A DNA stretch of 56,286 nt. Source: a virus (taxonomy: Duplodnaviria > Caudoviricetes). A model generated the notes under the pieces. That model saw only the letters and a list, made by a program, of their open reading frames with translations. It did no database searches and was not told the origin of the DNA. Location: the IMG/VR virus record IMGVR_UViG_3300047548_001281, positions 1 to 56,286 of that record; one strand, 5' to 3'. Shown here one piece after another: positions 7,643 through 17,575 of the stretch. The translations under genes were made by a program, and so were the position numbers. Position 1 is the stretch's first letter. The number at the start of each line of letters is the position of its first letter.

Positions 7643-8352
7643 CCAAATTCAATGCTGTCGGCAGGGTACCAATCATTTACGATTTGGTCAAGGCTGCGTT
7701 TATCGTTCGTAAGGATCTTGAATGTTTTTGCCTTTTCGTATTCAGCAGCCATTGCGGGCCAATCACTGGTGAATAGCCTTACACTATAGCCAAAATGTTG
7801 CTTGAATAGAGTTTTTTCATCTTTGTGTCCACCGCCTCCACCAGTACCAGTGTGAATGCGAGTATTCTTCCACAATTCACTACTGCCAGGATAACAATGT
7901 AGTTGGTTTTTGTGTGATTGAACATCGTAGTCGAACCTACCCTGCCATCCTGGATATCCACGCGGTGCATCTTTATTTTGACCGCCCCAGTTAGTGACGC
8001 CATCATGTGGGCAGTCATGGGTATTACTTACACTATCATTATACCTTAGGTCAAAACAGGTAAACTCAATGATAGGTGTAGGCAGAAGTTTTGGCTTAGC
8101 CCAATAGTTTTTTACACCATTAGCAGCAAAAACATCACGGTGATGAAGGATAGCAGCCTTAAGTTGTTCAAGGCTTTTTACACGATTCCAAAAGTTATCC
8201 ATCCACCACTGCTTTTCAGTTTTGTATGCGGCGTCAATTTTTCGTTGGATACGCCGTTCTGCCGCAACTTTACGGATATGCTTTTGATACTTGGCTTTAT
8301 CCTCGAAAAGCTTACCCGTGGTATCGCATTTGTATGCGGTAATAACGCTCAT
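7633..8352 (-). CDS. phage hypothetical protein
   Basis: 239-aa ORF with SNTHDCP.DGVTNW and GYPGWQGR motifs. Confidence 0.75.
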   Translation of the reverse strand: MSVITAYKCDTTGKLFEDKAKYQKHIRKVAAERRIQRKIDAAYKTEKQWWMDNFWNRVKSLEQLKAAILHHRDVFAANGVKNYWAKPKLLPTPIIEFTCFDLRYNDSVSNTHDCPHDGVTNWGGQNKDAPRGYPGWQGRFDYDVQSHKNQLHCYPGSSELWKNTRIHTGTGGGGGHKDEKTLFKQHFGYSVRLFTSDWPAMAAEYEKAKTFKILTNDKRSLDQIVNDWYPADSIEFGRQ

Positions 8353-8612
8353 TATGAGACCTCATATCCTAGAAGTTCAAGCATACTGTCGCACCATTTC
8401 CTAGAAATATCGTCGTTGGGGCCATCTCCTTTAAAACCCTCTGCCCAATTTAAGAAGTCGGGGCAACTACTGCTATAGACATTCCTCCTGATACGTACCC
8501 GAGGGGTCTTTTCGATGAAGGCAACACGATCCAAAACATTGTCGGGATTGCCGCCTTCAATGACGCGAGCGACACAATATTCATCGACAACTTGCCATGG
8601 ACTAACTTTCAT
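8352..8612 (-). CDS. hypothetical protein
   Basis: ORF, coupled to the downstream gene. Confidence 0.65.
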   Translation of the reverse strand: MKVSPWQVVDEYCVARVIEGGNPDNVLDRVAFIEKTPRVRIRRNVYSSSCPDFLNWAEGFKGDGPNDDISRKWCDSMLELLGYEVS

Positions 8613-8624
8613 TTTATTCCCCGA

Positions 8625-8888
8625 TTAAGGGCGGTAGGGTTCGTATGAACGAATTGGGCTGCGAAGATCAGTATGCTTCCCGACCAGTTCGACTTTCATG
8701 CCGCGCCGCTTTAGTTCATCCACTAGAAGACTGGCATCGCAATCTTCTTCAAGATAAACGGTCTTGCCTTTTTGATAAGAATAGTGGCTGATCGTAAACT
8801 TTAGGCCAAGATCCTCGACCCATTTACGCTTAACTGCAACCCAGCCGTGACCTGGATCTTGATAATGCTTTAGCTTGACTTCTGCCAT
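8625..8888 (-). CDS. hypothetical protein (DPGHGW motif)
   Basis: DPGHGW...YSY....VYLEEDCDA. Confidence 0.7.
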   Translation of the reverse strand: MAEVKLKHYQDPGHGWVAVKRKWVEDLGLKFTISHYSYQKGKTVYLEEDCDASLLVDELKRRGMKVELVGKHTDLRSPIRSYEPYRP

Positions 8889-9016
8889 TTATTCACCCAT
8901 ACCAAACTTGATAGCTTTACCCAGGATTAGGGCGCAGGGAACGCTTACTACGAACCAAACTGCCAAAACGACTAGAAAAGTATACATTTTCTAACTCCAA
9001 TTTCTAATGTTTCAAC

Positions 9017-9045
9017 ACTATACAGGAAGTCTTATTTATTGTCAA
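9017..9045 (-). promoter_or_regulatory. sigma70-type promoter
   Basis: TTGACA-17-TATAGT. Confidence 0.65.
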
Positions 9046-9046
9046 G

Positions 9047-9808
9047 TTATGGAACTATACTAAAATAAACCAAATCGTCTCGGATTCTTCGTTGTTTTTT
9101 ACCCAAAAGCTTAATAACGCCTGTGGAATTATTATGTACCTGAGTATCCCAAAAGCCCAATAGATTATTGTGTGTGTCGATTGAAACGCAGCCTAATGCT
9201 TTGTTAGAATCTACAAACCAATAATCATGTTTTTTCATTTTTCGGTTAATTCTAACCATATTACCTAAGAACTTGTATTCATCCTTACCTAAAACAAAAT
9301 CTTGTTTGCTTTCAGTAATAAATTTATCTAACTGGATGTCGTAATCGTAAAATTCAGGCAACCTGAATACTAATGGAACAAACTCTTCCCTAAATATGGT
9401 GCCATCACTGTTTACAAAAGTTGATAGATCCTTTTTGAATTGAGTGAAAGGTCGTTCAGATTTTAATGACAACATCATCAATTTTTTAGAATAGTAATCT
9501 CTTATGCTATTTGCCAGTTCAATATCCGTATCGGATACCTGGGGTAATAAACCGATGTCCAACAGGCTAGTTATATAGGGTTTAGGATCAGAACTAGTGT
9601 CATTCCTTAATCGTCTCCAACATACAGACAGAGCCAATAAATCTACCGTAGATTCATACATAACAAATGATTTCATATGAGTTGAAACGGATGCTTCGAC
9701 TAAAGAGGGTGTGTCTAAGGATAAATTGCGCGCAATTTTACTTTGCTGACCCTGTAAAAGGCTTCCAAGGGAAGCAATACCTGTAATAACGCTTTTATGA
9801 TTGTTCAT
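9047..9808 (-). CDS. hypothetical protein
   Basis: 253-aa ORF downstream of uvsY. Confidence 0.75.
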   Translation of the reverse strand: MNNHKSVITGIASLGSLLQGQQSKIARNLSLDTPSLVEASVSTHMKSFVMYESTVDLLALSVCWRRLRNDTSSDPKPYITSLLDIGLLPQVSDTDIELANSIRDYYSKKLMMLSLKSERPFTQFKKDLSTFVNSDGTIFREEFVPLVFRLPEFYDYDIQLDKFITESKQDFVLGKDEYKFLGNMVRINRKMKKHDYWFVDSNKALGCVSIDTHNNLLGFWDTQVHNNSTGVIKLLGKKQRRIRDDLVYFSIVP

Positions 9809-9816
9809 TTTTCACC

Positions 9817-10272
9817 TTAAATTGTAAAGTCTTCCATACCTGCGGTTTTAAGCTTTGTCAAGTGACCTAGCATAAAGTTTTTGCTTTCTAAGCCTTTAAG
9901 TAGGCCAAGATATTGATTACGCAAAAATGCTACAGAGTTTATGATACATTCAAAGTCAACAACTTCCTGTTCACCATCTACATATTTCTCAGCAGTCCTA
10001 TCACTTAGGGCTCTGTTGTAATTTTCTAAATATTTTTGAAAGTGCTTACGACGGATTTTCTTTAGTTGAATGTTGAGATAATTCAGAACAGCTTCAATCT
10101 CTTGTAGTTGATTGAACCTTGTTTCAGTAATTCCAGGGAGCGCGGCCAGATTCTTTTCTACGCTGCCCTTTATACTTACTTCCCATTTTGCCTGATTGTA
10201 CTCAGATTCAAAATGGGAAATAAAGTCAGGGATAGTACTAATATCACTTGATATTGTAGTTAACCAATTCAC
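9817..10272 (-). CDS. uvsY: UvsY-like recombination mediator
   Basis: Size, helical pattern, EKYVDGE motif, position next to uvsX. Confidence 0.7.
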   Translation of the reverse strand: MNWLTTISSDISTIPDFISHFESEYNQAKWEVSIKGSVEKNLAALPGITETRFNQLQEIEAVLNYLNIQLKKIRRKHFQKYLENYNRALSDRTAEKYVDGEQEVVDFECIINSVAFLRNQYLGLLKGLESKNFMLGHLTKLKTAGMEDFTI

Positions 10273-10281
10273 AGAAGATCC

Positions 10282-10527
10282 TTACCAATCTCGGTCTTCC
10301 TCGTCATCTTCATCCTCATAGTCATCGTCGTCATATTCTTGGTCGTCATATGCTTCCAATGCTCTGATGATGTCTCTTTCTCCAGCAAAGGCTGCTTTGA
10401 TTTCATCCGCATCATAATTGTTGTCTACTAAAAAATCAACTAACGTAGTCGCGGCGGCTGATCGATCATTGCTATCAACATAGTAATTTAGTAAATCCCA
10501 AATTTCAGCAATAAAACTTAGATTCAT
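10282..10527 (-). CDS. small acidic hypothetical protein
   Basis: ORF with a D/E-rich tail. Confidence 0.7.
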   Translation of the reverse strand: MNLSFIAEIWDLLNYYVDSNDRSAAATTLVDFLVDNNYDADEIKAAFAGERDIIRALEAYDDQEYDDDDYEDEDDEEDRDW

Positions 10528-11582
10528 TCTTCAATTTCCTCTACAAATGTTTTTTTACTTATGCGCTGATGATACTCGCTCATAACTTTATCCAAACATC
10601 CTTCTTCATTTGATTCCCAACCTTTGCGGAAATATTTGATTACTTCACCATCAAGTGTAGTGTAAACCAAACGATTGCCTTCCTTAGTTAGGAAACCAAT
10701 ACCTTCAAACAAGTCAGTAAGACCACTGTAGGGATTCATACCTGTTTCATAAGGAATCTTGACTTGTACGCTTTCAAAGGGTTTTGCGTAACGAGTTTTC
10801 ATTACTTTACAAGCACTACGAATACCACGAACTTCAGTAGTCTTGTTGCCATCTTCATCTTCTTTTAGCTTTAGCTTACGCATAGCTACAACAATACTTG
10901 AAGCATAGATAAAGCCTTGACCGCCTGAAATCTTGTCATCAGGGTCGAACATATCCTGACTTGCGTATGTATGATTAGTAGCAACTAATCCAACATTATG
11001 ATTACCAAACATGTTAACGCAGTTGCGAACAAGTGATGTAAGTGCTTTAGGCTTGCGACCCATGTCACCTTTCATATCGCCCGATTCAAACTGATTTACG
11101 TCAGTAGGCGTCAATAGCATACCTAGTGAATCAATAATGAATAGAACTTTAGGCTTGTTCTCGCCTTCAGGTAGTTCTTTATAGCTTTTCATGAATTCGG
11201 ATATAGTTTTGGCTACATCATCAATCATGGCCATGTTTAGCTTTAATAGCTTATCTTCGCTTGTATCTACACCCAAATTGTGTAGCCAAGTTTCATCAAG
11301 TGCGTTTTCGCTATCAATTAGAATAACAAAAATGCCTTGTTGCTGTGCGTGACGAACTAAGTTGCCTGAGCAAATATAGCTCTTACCTGAACCAGATTCT
11401 CCAGCAAAAACAGTTACCTTACCTAGAGGTACGCCTTTGTTGAAGTCATTTGAAATTCTTAGATTTAGCGCATAGTTTCCAGTACTAACCCAATCAGTAG
11501 GGTCATTGAATCCAATACTAAGACCGTCAATAGCCTTAGTTAAATCTTTACGAAACTTTGATAGGTCAAAAGGTTTTCCCAA
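10524..11582 (-). CDS. uvsX: RecA/UvsX recombinase
   Basis: Walker A GESGSGKS, IDSE, IIDSLG, GDMG motifs; TTG start with GAGGAG SD. Confidence 0.93.
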   Translation of the reverse strand: MGKPFDLSKFRKDLTKAIDGLSIGFNDPTDWVSTGNYALNLRISNDFNKGVPLGKVTVFAGESGSGKSYICSGNLVRHAQQQGIFVILIDSENALDETWLHNLGVDTSEDKLLKLNMAMIDDVAKTISEFMKSYKELPEGENKPKVLFIIDSLGMLLTPTDVNQFESGDMKGDMGRKPKALTSLVRNCVNMFGNHNVGLVATNHTYASQDMFDPDDKISGGQGFIYASSIVVAMRKLKLKEDEDGNKTTEVRGIRSACKVMKTRYAKPFESVQVKIPYETGMNPYSGLTDLFEGIGFLTKEGNRLVYTTLDGEVIKYFRKGWESNEEGCLDKVMSEYHQRISKKTFVEEIEE

Positions 11583-11592
11583 TTATTTCTCC

Positions 11593-11820
11593 TCAAATCT
11601 TGTTAGTATTATAAACCCTGAATGGCTCTTTATCAAGGTAGTCCGGGCAACTGCGCGCCATATTTTCTAAATCCCAATCAGTGGGATAATGACGTAGAAT
11701 TCCTCGGGCGCGATCCCTAATAATTCCAGGAACTCTGGGAGTACGGCCTGGATCGCATAGTTCTTCTAATAGTTTCCTGGATTGAACCAGGGTACGGTAT
11801 CTTTCATCAGGTGTGGTCAT
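11593..11820 (-). CDS. BPSL0761-like small protein
   Basis: MTTPDERYR...P..IRDRARGILRHYP pattern. Confidence 0.6.
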   Translation of the reverse strand: MTTPDERYRTLVQSRKLLEELCDPGRTPRVPGIIRDRARGILRHYPTDWDLENMARSCPDYLDKEPFRVYNTNKI

Positions 11821-11837
11821 GATTATTCCTTTAGTTG

Positions 11838-11860
11838 AGTGGGATCATAAGATCCCACTT
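11838..11860 (-). terminator. hairpin after the SSB gene
   Basis: AGTGGGATC-ataa-GATCCCACT inverted repeat. Confidence 0.55.
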
Positions 11861-11875
11861 TGTCACCTTAACTTA

Positions 11876-12880
11876 TCAGCCCTTGTTTTGTCTTGCGCGA
11901 ATCATCGCTAAGATATCAGCGGCGTTTGTAGAACCACCTGCTGCAGGAACCTTTACAGGTTGTGCGGCTGCTGCAGGAGCTTCTTCTACTTCAGGTTCAT
12001 CGCTATGATCCTGTACAGGCTGTGCTTGAGGTTTAGCTTGTGCTTTTGGTGCGCTATCGCGTGAGTCATTGCGTTCAGCACCTTCAGGCACGTCCAAACC
12101 ATAAGGCTTGAAATAGTTACCCCAACGCTCGGCGTCGTATGCTTGTCCATCCACAGATGCCTCAAACATTTCTTTCATAATGTTTAGCTCTGCTTCAGTA
12201 GGACGCTTTGGCAACCAATCTGAAATGTTGAATAGTCCATGTGCTTCAATAACAGCTTGTTCCATTTCTGTCAGAGGTGTTACTTTACGTGACCAGTTTG
12301 ATGTGCTGTAATCTGAATACTTGCCTTTGGCTGTCTTTTTGATATTGAAATCCAAGCCATTTACATAATCAGTAGGTAGCTCTTCCATTTCTGGATCCAT
12401 CAATGAGCTTTTGATGATAGTGAAAATTTGAGGTGAAATAATAAATTTGCGAATAGGATTCGCAGGAGTTTTGTCATCACCAATAGGATTTTGACGAACA
12501 AATCCCTGAAATAGATAGCTACGCTTTTTCCAGTATTTGTTAGCCATTTCTTTTAGAGTTTCATCTTTGTACCAAGGACGAACCTCAGCAAGAATTGGGC
12601 AGCTATCTCCCCACATTTCTACGCAAGGAACGGTTACTACAACCATTTTCTTGTTTGTTTCACCTTTGATACCGTTGAATGGTAGTTTGATTTGCTGACG
12701 CTCAACCCAAAAGAATGTGTTTTTGTTGTCGCCATCAGGTAAAAACCTGACTGTTGCGGTCGCGCCTTCACTCATATTCCAATGAGAATAAAGTACATTG
12801 TCTGCGGGGGTTCTTGCTTCGTTATTTTGTTTGTTTTCTGCCGCTGCGATGCGGGCGCGGATGTCTGCTAGTGATGCCAT
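11876..12880 (-). CDS. gp32-like single-stranded DNA-binding protein
   Basis: VRFLP, metal-binding Cys pair, ANKYWKKRSY, GLDFNIKK, YSDYSTS motifs; low-complexity tail. Confidence 0.88.
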   Translation of the reverse strand: MASLADIRARIAAAENKQNNEARTPADNVLYSHWNMSEGATATVRFLPDGDNKNTFFWVERQQIKLPFNGIKGETNKKMVVVTVPCVEMWGDSCPILAEVRPWYKDETLKEMANKYWKKRSYLFQGFVRQNPIGDDKTPANPIRKFIISPQIFTIIKSSLMDPEMEELPTDYVNGLDFNIKKTAKGKYSDYSTSNWSRKVTPLTEMEQAVIEAHGLFNISDWLPKRPTEAELNIMKEMFEASVDGQAYDAERWGNYFKPYGLDVPEGAERNDSRDSAPKAQAKPQAQPVQDHSDEPEVEEAPAAAAQPVKVPAAGGSTNAADILAMIRARQNKG

Positions 12881-12951
12881 AATAATTTCTCCTTAATAGT
12901 CCTTGAGATGGTCTCTGTTAAATATAATGTCGCTGCCAACCTAGGCAACTA

Positions 12952-13000
12952 ACACAGATACTATTATAGCAGAAATAGCATCTGTGTCAAAGATATTTAT
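12952..13000 (-). promoter_or_regulatory. sigma70-like promoter inside an inverted repeat, plus ATAAATA late-type box, upstream of SSB
   Basis: TTGACA-16-TATAAT within ACACAGATACTATT...AATAGCATCTGTGT. Confidence 0.55.
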
Positions 13001-13045
13001 CCCTTTTTAGGGAAAACTTATTTTTTTATCGTGTTTTTGGGTATT

Positions 13046-15937
13046 TTAGTTTCCAACCAATTTGCCTACAGCACCCTTTTTACCAACCTTTTCTGTGGGT
13101 CCTAATTGTCCCGCACGCTTTTGGTTAGCATCCAAATCTTCTGTCACATCAGGATCTTTGCCAGGCCAGCGTTTGACTTCGTGATTACATTTAGTATTGG
13201 AACAATGTAATACTCCATCCCAGTCATCATGGATACTCGTTTCTTTGTATTTTCCTTTTTTACATTTTGTACAAGTAGTACCCATTCGGTCCTTTCCAAG
13301 TAGTTTTGCTTTTCCTTTTTCTTCTGAAACGCCCTCTTCTTCTATATTTTGTTTTTTCATTTGGTGTGCAATGCCTTGGCGCAGAGCTTCCTTGAATCTA
13401 CCTAAATCCACATAATTTCCACTTTTACGCATACGCTTATCAAGTATATTCAGTACGCCTTCAATAGCAGATTCTACACTTGCACCTGGTTTAGAAAAAT
13501 GATGTTTCACGCCTTGACGAATTGCTTCTAATGAACTATAGTCACCTATTTGGTTTTTATGAAATAATCTCTCGACAGTATCAATTATATTTTTTTGAAT
13601 TGGATTATCTTCCAATCCTTCTTCAATATCTTGATTTTGTGTTTTTAGCCAATCCCTATAAGCCTTAGTTTTTATTACAGGATGTCCATCTTGACCTATA
13701 CGAATACCTTCTTTATTAAACTCACCTGGTTTCCCTGTAAATTCAGATGTGCGGCCGCTTCTACGTTGACTAGCATGTCCTTTTCTCACACGACTCATGT
13801 AGTTATAGCCAGCACCTTCATCTAAATCTTCGGAAACGCTTTCTTCTTTTACATCAACGATTTTAGCCATTGAATGATGTTTCATAAACTTTTCTTTGGC
13901 TACACGCTCGCTTTGGGCTTTTACGCGGAACTTTTTGGTTCCACCTTCTGCCAATTCTGCGGTAATGATAAATGACTTGTTTAGATGACTTGCTGCTATT
14001 AAGCCTGAGATATCACTGCCTTCCTCCACACCTTGTTCTTCAGGTAACATACCTTTGGGACCAGTTAAGCCGCCCATTCTTTTGGTATGCTTAATATGAT
14101 GTTTTAAACCAGATTGAAAGCCCAACTCTGCTTTTGTTGGTACACCTTTTTTAGTCATGCGTTTAGCCATATCAGCGGCACCACGCCATGAACCGGGGCG
14201 CGCCCTCAATTCGTCACCTGAATCATCTACATCTTTACCACTACGGTCAATGGCTATTTTTCCCGGGGACATGTCACCATCGTCCCAGTCTGCGTTACGC
14301 CATGTCTTATCTTCTAAATCATCGCTACGCCATTTTGCTGCTTCCGCTACATCTTGGTCAGCGGAAGTTTTTAACTTACCACGCAACTCATCAGCCATCT
14401 TCATATAATGTTGCTTTTTGATATCATTCTTGGTTGCTTTTGCTCGTTGTTCGTAATCACTAATCATTTGCCATAAACGACTTTGTTTATGCTTTTCAGA
14501 GCCTTCCGCCACACCATCTTCATCTAACTTACTATTTTGGTCATGGTAAGCTTTTAGCTTATCGGCCATTTGTTTGCCATATTTTTTAGCTACTTGAGCA
14601 TATGCCATTTGTTTGGCACCTTTTGCTGCCCCTGCAGTTTTAGCAAATTTAGCGTATGTTTGAGTATAAAGGGATCTTACGGCTTGGGGTATTTCAGCTT
14701 CAGTCATTATTTCTTCAGCTAAACCTTTTGTTGCAGCCTCTTTATCCAACTGCGCTTTTCTCTTCATGGTTTCTTTTTTAAGAAGAGGATCTTTTGCGGT
14801 GTCTGGATCTATTAAAATGTCTTGTATAGCTTTTAACCTTGCTTTGTAGTCTTCCTTATCTCTGATAGGGATATTTTCTTCATTGATGTCTAATGCCTCA
14901 CTCATTATAGAGTCTGTCCATTTTACTAACTCCAATGTTTCCACAACTTCAGGAGCTTTCTTATGTAATTTACTTAATATAGGTATAACGCTTTCAATTC
15001 TGGGATCGAGGGTTTCTTGTACGAATAGTTCGTTAAGATCAGTTTGTTCTTCTCCATCCTCAATAAGAGTTGGTGTCCAACTTTCAAAGTAAGCTGTGTA
15101 GCCGCGGCGACCACACATCTTATGTAGCGTTTCGCGTAGAGATTGATAGTGCTTCACGCCTTCAGTAATTAATTCTTGTGCTGATTCATTGAATTGCTTA
15201 TTTTTTGTGGCACGAACGAATCCTGCCATCTTTTGATATTCTTCTACTAATCCAGTAATATGCTTGCCACGCTCATCGTAAGGTGTACCACCTTCTGATA
15301 TATGTCTAGCATACACACGCGCGATACCAGGCTTTGTTGTAGGTATTAAGAATCTTTCACCATTCATATTCTCAACAAAGATTTTAGCGATATTACGATA
15401 ACGTTGCTCGCCTTCTTCAATCTTTCTTGTATGTTGAAGTATAATTTTTGTTGTAGGGATAGCATCACTATAACTGGCGTGCTTGCCCATAGCATAATAA
15501 CCTTCATTTACCTGAGTTGAGGTTAACTTATTGTTCATATTTTCACCTAATTTTTCAGTATGCTTTCTGCGTGCCATGTCTGATACCAAACGATTTTCAT
15601 TGCGTAGTTCAAAACCTAGTTGGCGGCGCTGTGCCCAATTTTTAAGATGCTTTACAAATCCTGTCCAAGTATCATCATATTCTAAATCTGACGTTGCATC
15701 ACTGGGGCTATCTGAAACACTATCTCCATAATAAATTTGCAGTGTTTTAGCACCATCAATTGATATCCAAACCTTACCATAATTTTCGCCATCTTTGATG
15801 AAGTCGAACTTAATTACGGCTGCTTCTTCTGGAACAGGTGTGACTTTACCTTCTACATCTAGAGGTTTAGGGTCAAATCCCCTAGTGCTTAATAGGTCGA
15901 ATAATTTGCGATTGATAGATTCTGAGTTTACTGGCAT
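13046..15937 (-). CDS. large mosaic late protein, probable internal head protein precursor
   Basis: 963-aa ORF after terL with an ATAAATA promoter; repeated (G/D)V(A/E)E and L.E acidic linkers between basic modules. Confidence 0.7.
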   Translation of the reverse strand: MPVNSESINRKLFDLLSTRGFDPKPLDVEGKVTPVPEEAAVIKFDFIKDGENYGKVWISIDGAKTLQIYYGDSVSDSPSDATSDLEYDDTWTGFVKHLKNWAQRRQLGFELRNENRLVSDMARRKHTEKLGENMNNKLTSTQVNEGYYAMGKHASYSDAIPTTKIILQHTRKIEEGEQRYRNIAKIFVENMNGERFLIPTTKPGIARVYARHISEGGTPYDERGKHITGLVEEYQKMAGFVRATKNKQFNESAQELITEGVKHYQSLRETLHKMCGRRGYTAYFESWTPTLIEDGEEQTDLNELFVQETLDPRIESVIPILSKLHKKAPEVVETLELVKWTDSIMSEALDINEENIPIRDKEDYKARLKAIQDILIDPDTAKDPLLKKETMKRKAQLDKEAATKGLAEEIMTEAEIPQAVRSLYTQTYAKFAKTAGAAKGAKQMAYAQVAKKYGKQMADKLKAYHDQNSKLDEDGVAEGSEKHKQSRLWQMISDYEQRAKATKNDIKKQHYMKMADELRGKLKTSADQDVAEAAKWRSDDLEDKTWRNADWDDGDMSPGKIAIDRSGKDVDDSGDELRARPGSWRGAADMAKRMTKKGVPTKAELGFQSGLKHHIKHTKRMGGLTGPKGMLPEEQGVEEGSDISGLIAASHLNKSFIITAELAEGGTKKFRVKAQSERVAKEKFMKHHSMAKIVDVKEESVSEDLDEGAGYNYMSRVRKGHASQRRSGRTSEFTGKPGEFNKEGIRIGQDGHPVIKTKAYRDWLKTQNQDIEEGLEDNPIQKNIIDTVERLFHKNQIGDYSSLEAIRQGVKHHFSKPGASVESAIEGVLNILDKRMRKSGNYVDLGRFKEALRQGIAHQMKKQNIEEEGVSEEKGKAKLLGKDRMGTTCTKCKKGKYKETSIHDDWDGVLHCSNTKCNHEVKRWPGKDPDVTEDLDANQKRAGQLGPTEKVGKKGAVGKLVGN

Positions 15938-15963
15938 AATGAGTATTTATCTTTGGAACAATT

Positions 15964-17517
15964 TTAACTTATAATAGCAAAGAAGGGTAAAGGAGCTACA
16001 AATTCATCGTGATCGCGAATTTGTTCCTCTAAGTTTACATGGTAATCACTTAGATGCTGTAGCATTCTAATTACTAACAATGATGCCATTATCAAATCGT
16101 CTGTGTCACCTATTTTAGCAGCATAGCTACCACCTGAGGCAACGAATGCTTTTAACTCACTTATCAACGGTTTGCTGTACAAGGTCATTTTCTTGCTTTC
16201 TAACAATGTTTTAAATTTGGCACATGCCGTCAATTTAACTTTTTGAGTAGTATTGAAGCCTTTGCGTTTCTTTCCTGCTTCGCTTAAGAATATTCCAGGT
16301 ATATTGCTTTCGCCATATTCGTTTAGTGAGATTAAAGCAGCTTCACCTATACTATTATTTTCTATAGAATAATAAAGATTGTTAGGTTCATTTGTGATAT
16401 CAACTATATGCTTGTTGATTTGAGCTAATAATTTGATCTGATTGGGTATATCTGTTTTATTGTGGCGCCATTCACCTACTTGCGTAGTAGTATTTGCTTC
16501 AAATATTTGTATGGCTGCCGGATCTCCCCCAGTACCAAGGCTAGGATCTAATCCTACTACATAAATATTACCCGCTTCAGGTTTTTTATACCATCTAATT
16601 TGACCTATTTTTTCTACAGGATCAATACCTTCTAATTGAATAAGGGTATTTGGATTGATAAGAGTTTCATCAGCAATTAAAAACTTACATTCCATTTCCC
16701 TGGCAAAACGATCTGGACCCAATTGAGCTAACATCTGATCTGCCCATTTTTGATCGCGTTCGGGGTGTTCATGCCAATATGATTGATATGCCTTGAAACC
16801 ATTGACTCCTACATCAGTTTGATTACCATATTCATCTAAACATTTGTTAGCCCCTTTCCAAATTAGTGCGAACTGATCCTCGTCACTATTTGGTGTTGAA
16901 GTAATGATAGCTTTACCACCGGTCGCTAACGTGGGAGTAATAGAGGTCCAGAAAAGTTCTGCTATTGAAGGCCTAACGAAAGCAAACTCGTCTAGATATA
17001 AGAGTGAAATAGACATACCACGACCTGTATTTTCAGTAGTAGTCGCACTAACTATTCGTGAACCGTTTTCAAAGTCCAAGCTACCCTTGTTGTATGTCGT
17101 AACACCAGCTTTTATCCATTTTGGACAGTTTTCATAAGCATATCTAATACGCTGCATGATTTCTTGTGCACCAGTATATTTGTGGGCAGCTATAAGAATA
17201 GTACTATCGGGCACGAACATAGCATACCATAATAGGTATCCCGCGGCGCTGGTTGATTTGCCTGTTTGACGAGGCATCAATGAAATTGAATATCTATAAT
17301 TATGATATGTATGTATTAATCTTTTTTGATAGTCCCAGGGATGATAATGTACAGCACCTTTTGTGGGGTGCTGTATCATAAAAAAGTTATCCATGAAATA
17401 CAGATAACCATTAAAGGGGTCGCAGCATTTTATGAAATCATCTAATGCTTTTTGATCCGGAAAATGTGTTTTTACATATGGATCTTTTATAAAAGAATCT
17501 GTTTTACTCATACCCAT
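15964..17517 (-). CDS. terL: terminase large subunit (T4 gp17-like)
   Basis: PRQTGKST Walker A, LYLDEFAFV Walker B, ITSTPN, nuclease GLDPS and DDLIMA. Confidence 0.95.
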   Translation of the reverse strand: MGMSKTDSFIKDPYVKTHFPDQKALDDFIKCCDPFNGYLYFMDNFFMIQHPTKGAVHYHPWDYQKRLIHTYHNYRYSISLMPRQTGKSTSAAGYLLWYAMFVPDSTILIAAHKYTGAQEIMQRIRYAYENCPKWIKAGVTTYNKGSLDFENGSRIVSATTTENTGRGMSISLLYLDEFAFVRPSIAELFWTSITPTLATGGKAIITSTPNSDEDQFALIWKGANKCLDEYGNQTDVGVNGFKAYQSYWHEHPERDQKWADQMLAQLGPDRFAREMECKFLIADETLINPNTLIQLEGIDPVEKIGQIRWYKKPEAGNIYVVGLDPSLGTGGDPAAIQIFEANTTTQVGEWRHNKTDIPNQIKLLAQINKHIVDITNEPNNLYYSIENNSIGEAALISLNEYGESNIPGIFLSEAGKKRKGFNTTQKVKLTACAKFKTLLESKKMTLYSKPLISELKAFVASGGSYAAKIGDTDDLIMASLLVIRMLQHLSDYHVNLEEQIRDHDEFVAPLPFFAIIS

Positions 17518-17545
17518 ATTTATTGTAATAGGTATGGTTTATAGT

Positions 17546-17568
17546 AAAAGGGGCATAAGCCCCCTTTA
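17546..17568 (-). terminator. rho-independent terminator
   Basis: AAAAGGGGC-ataa-GCCCCCTTT. Confidence 0.7.
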
Positions 17569-17575
17569 ATTTTGA

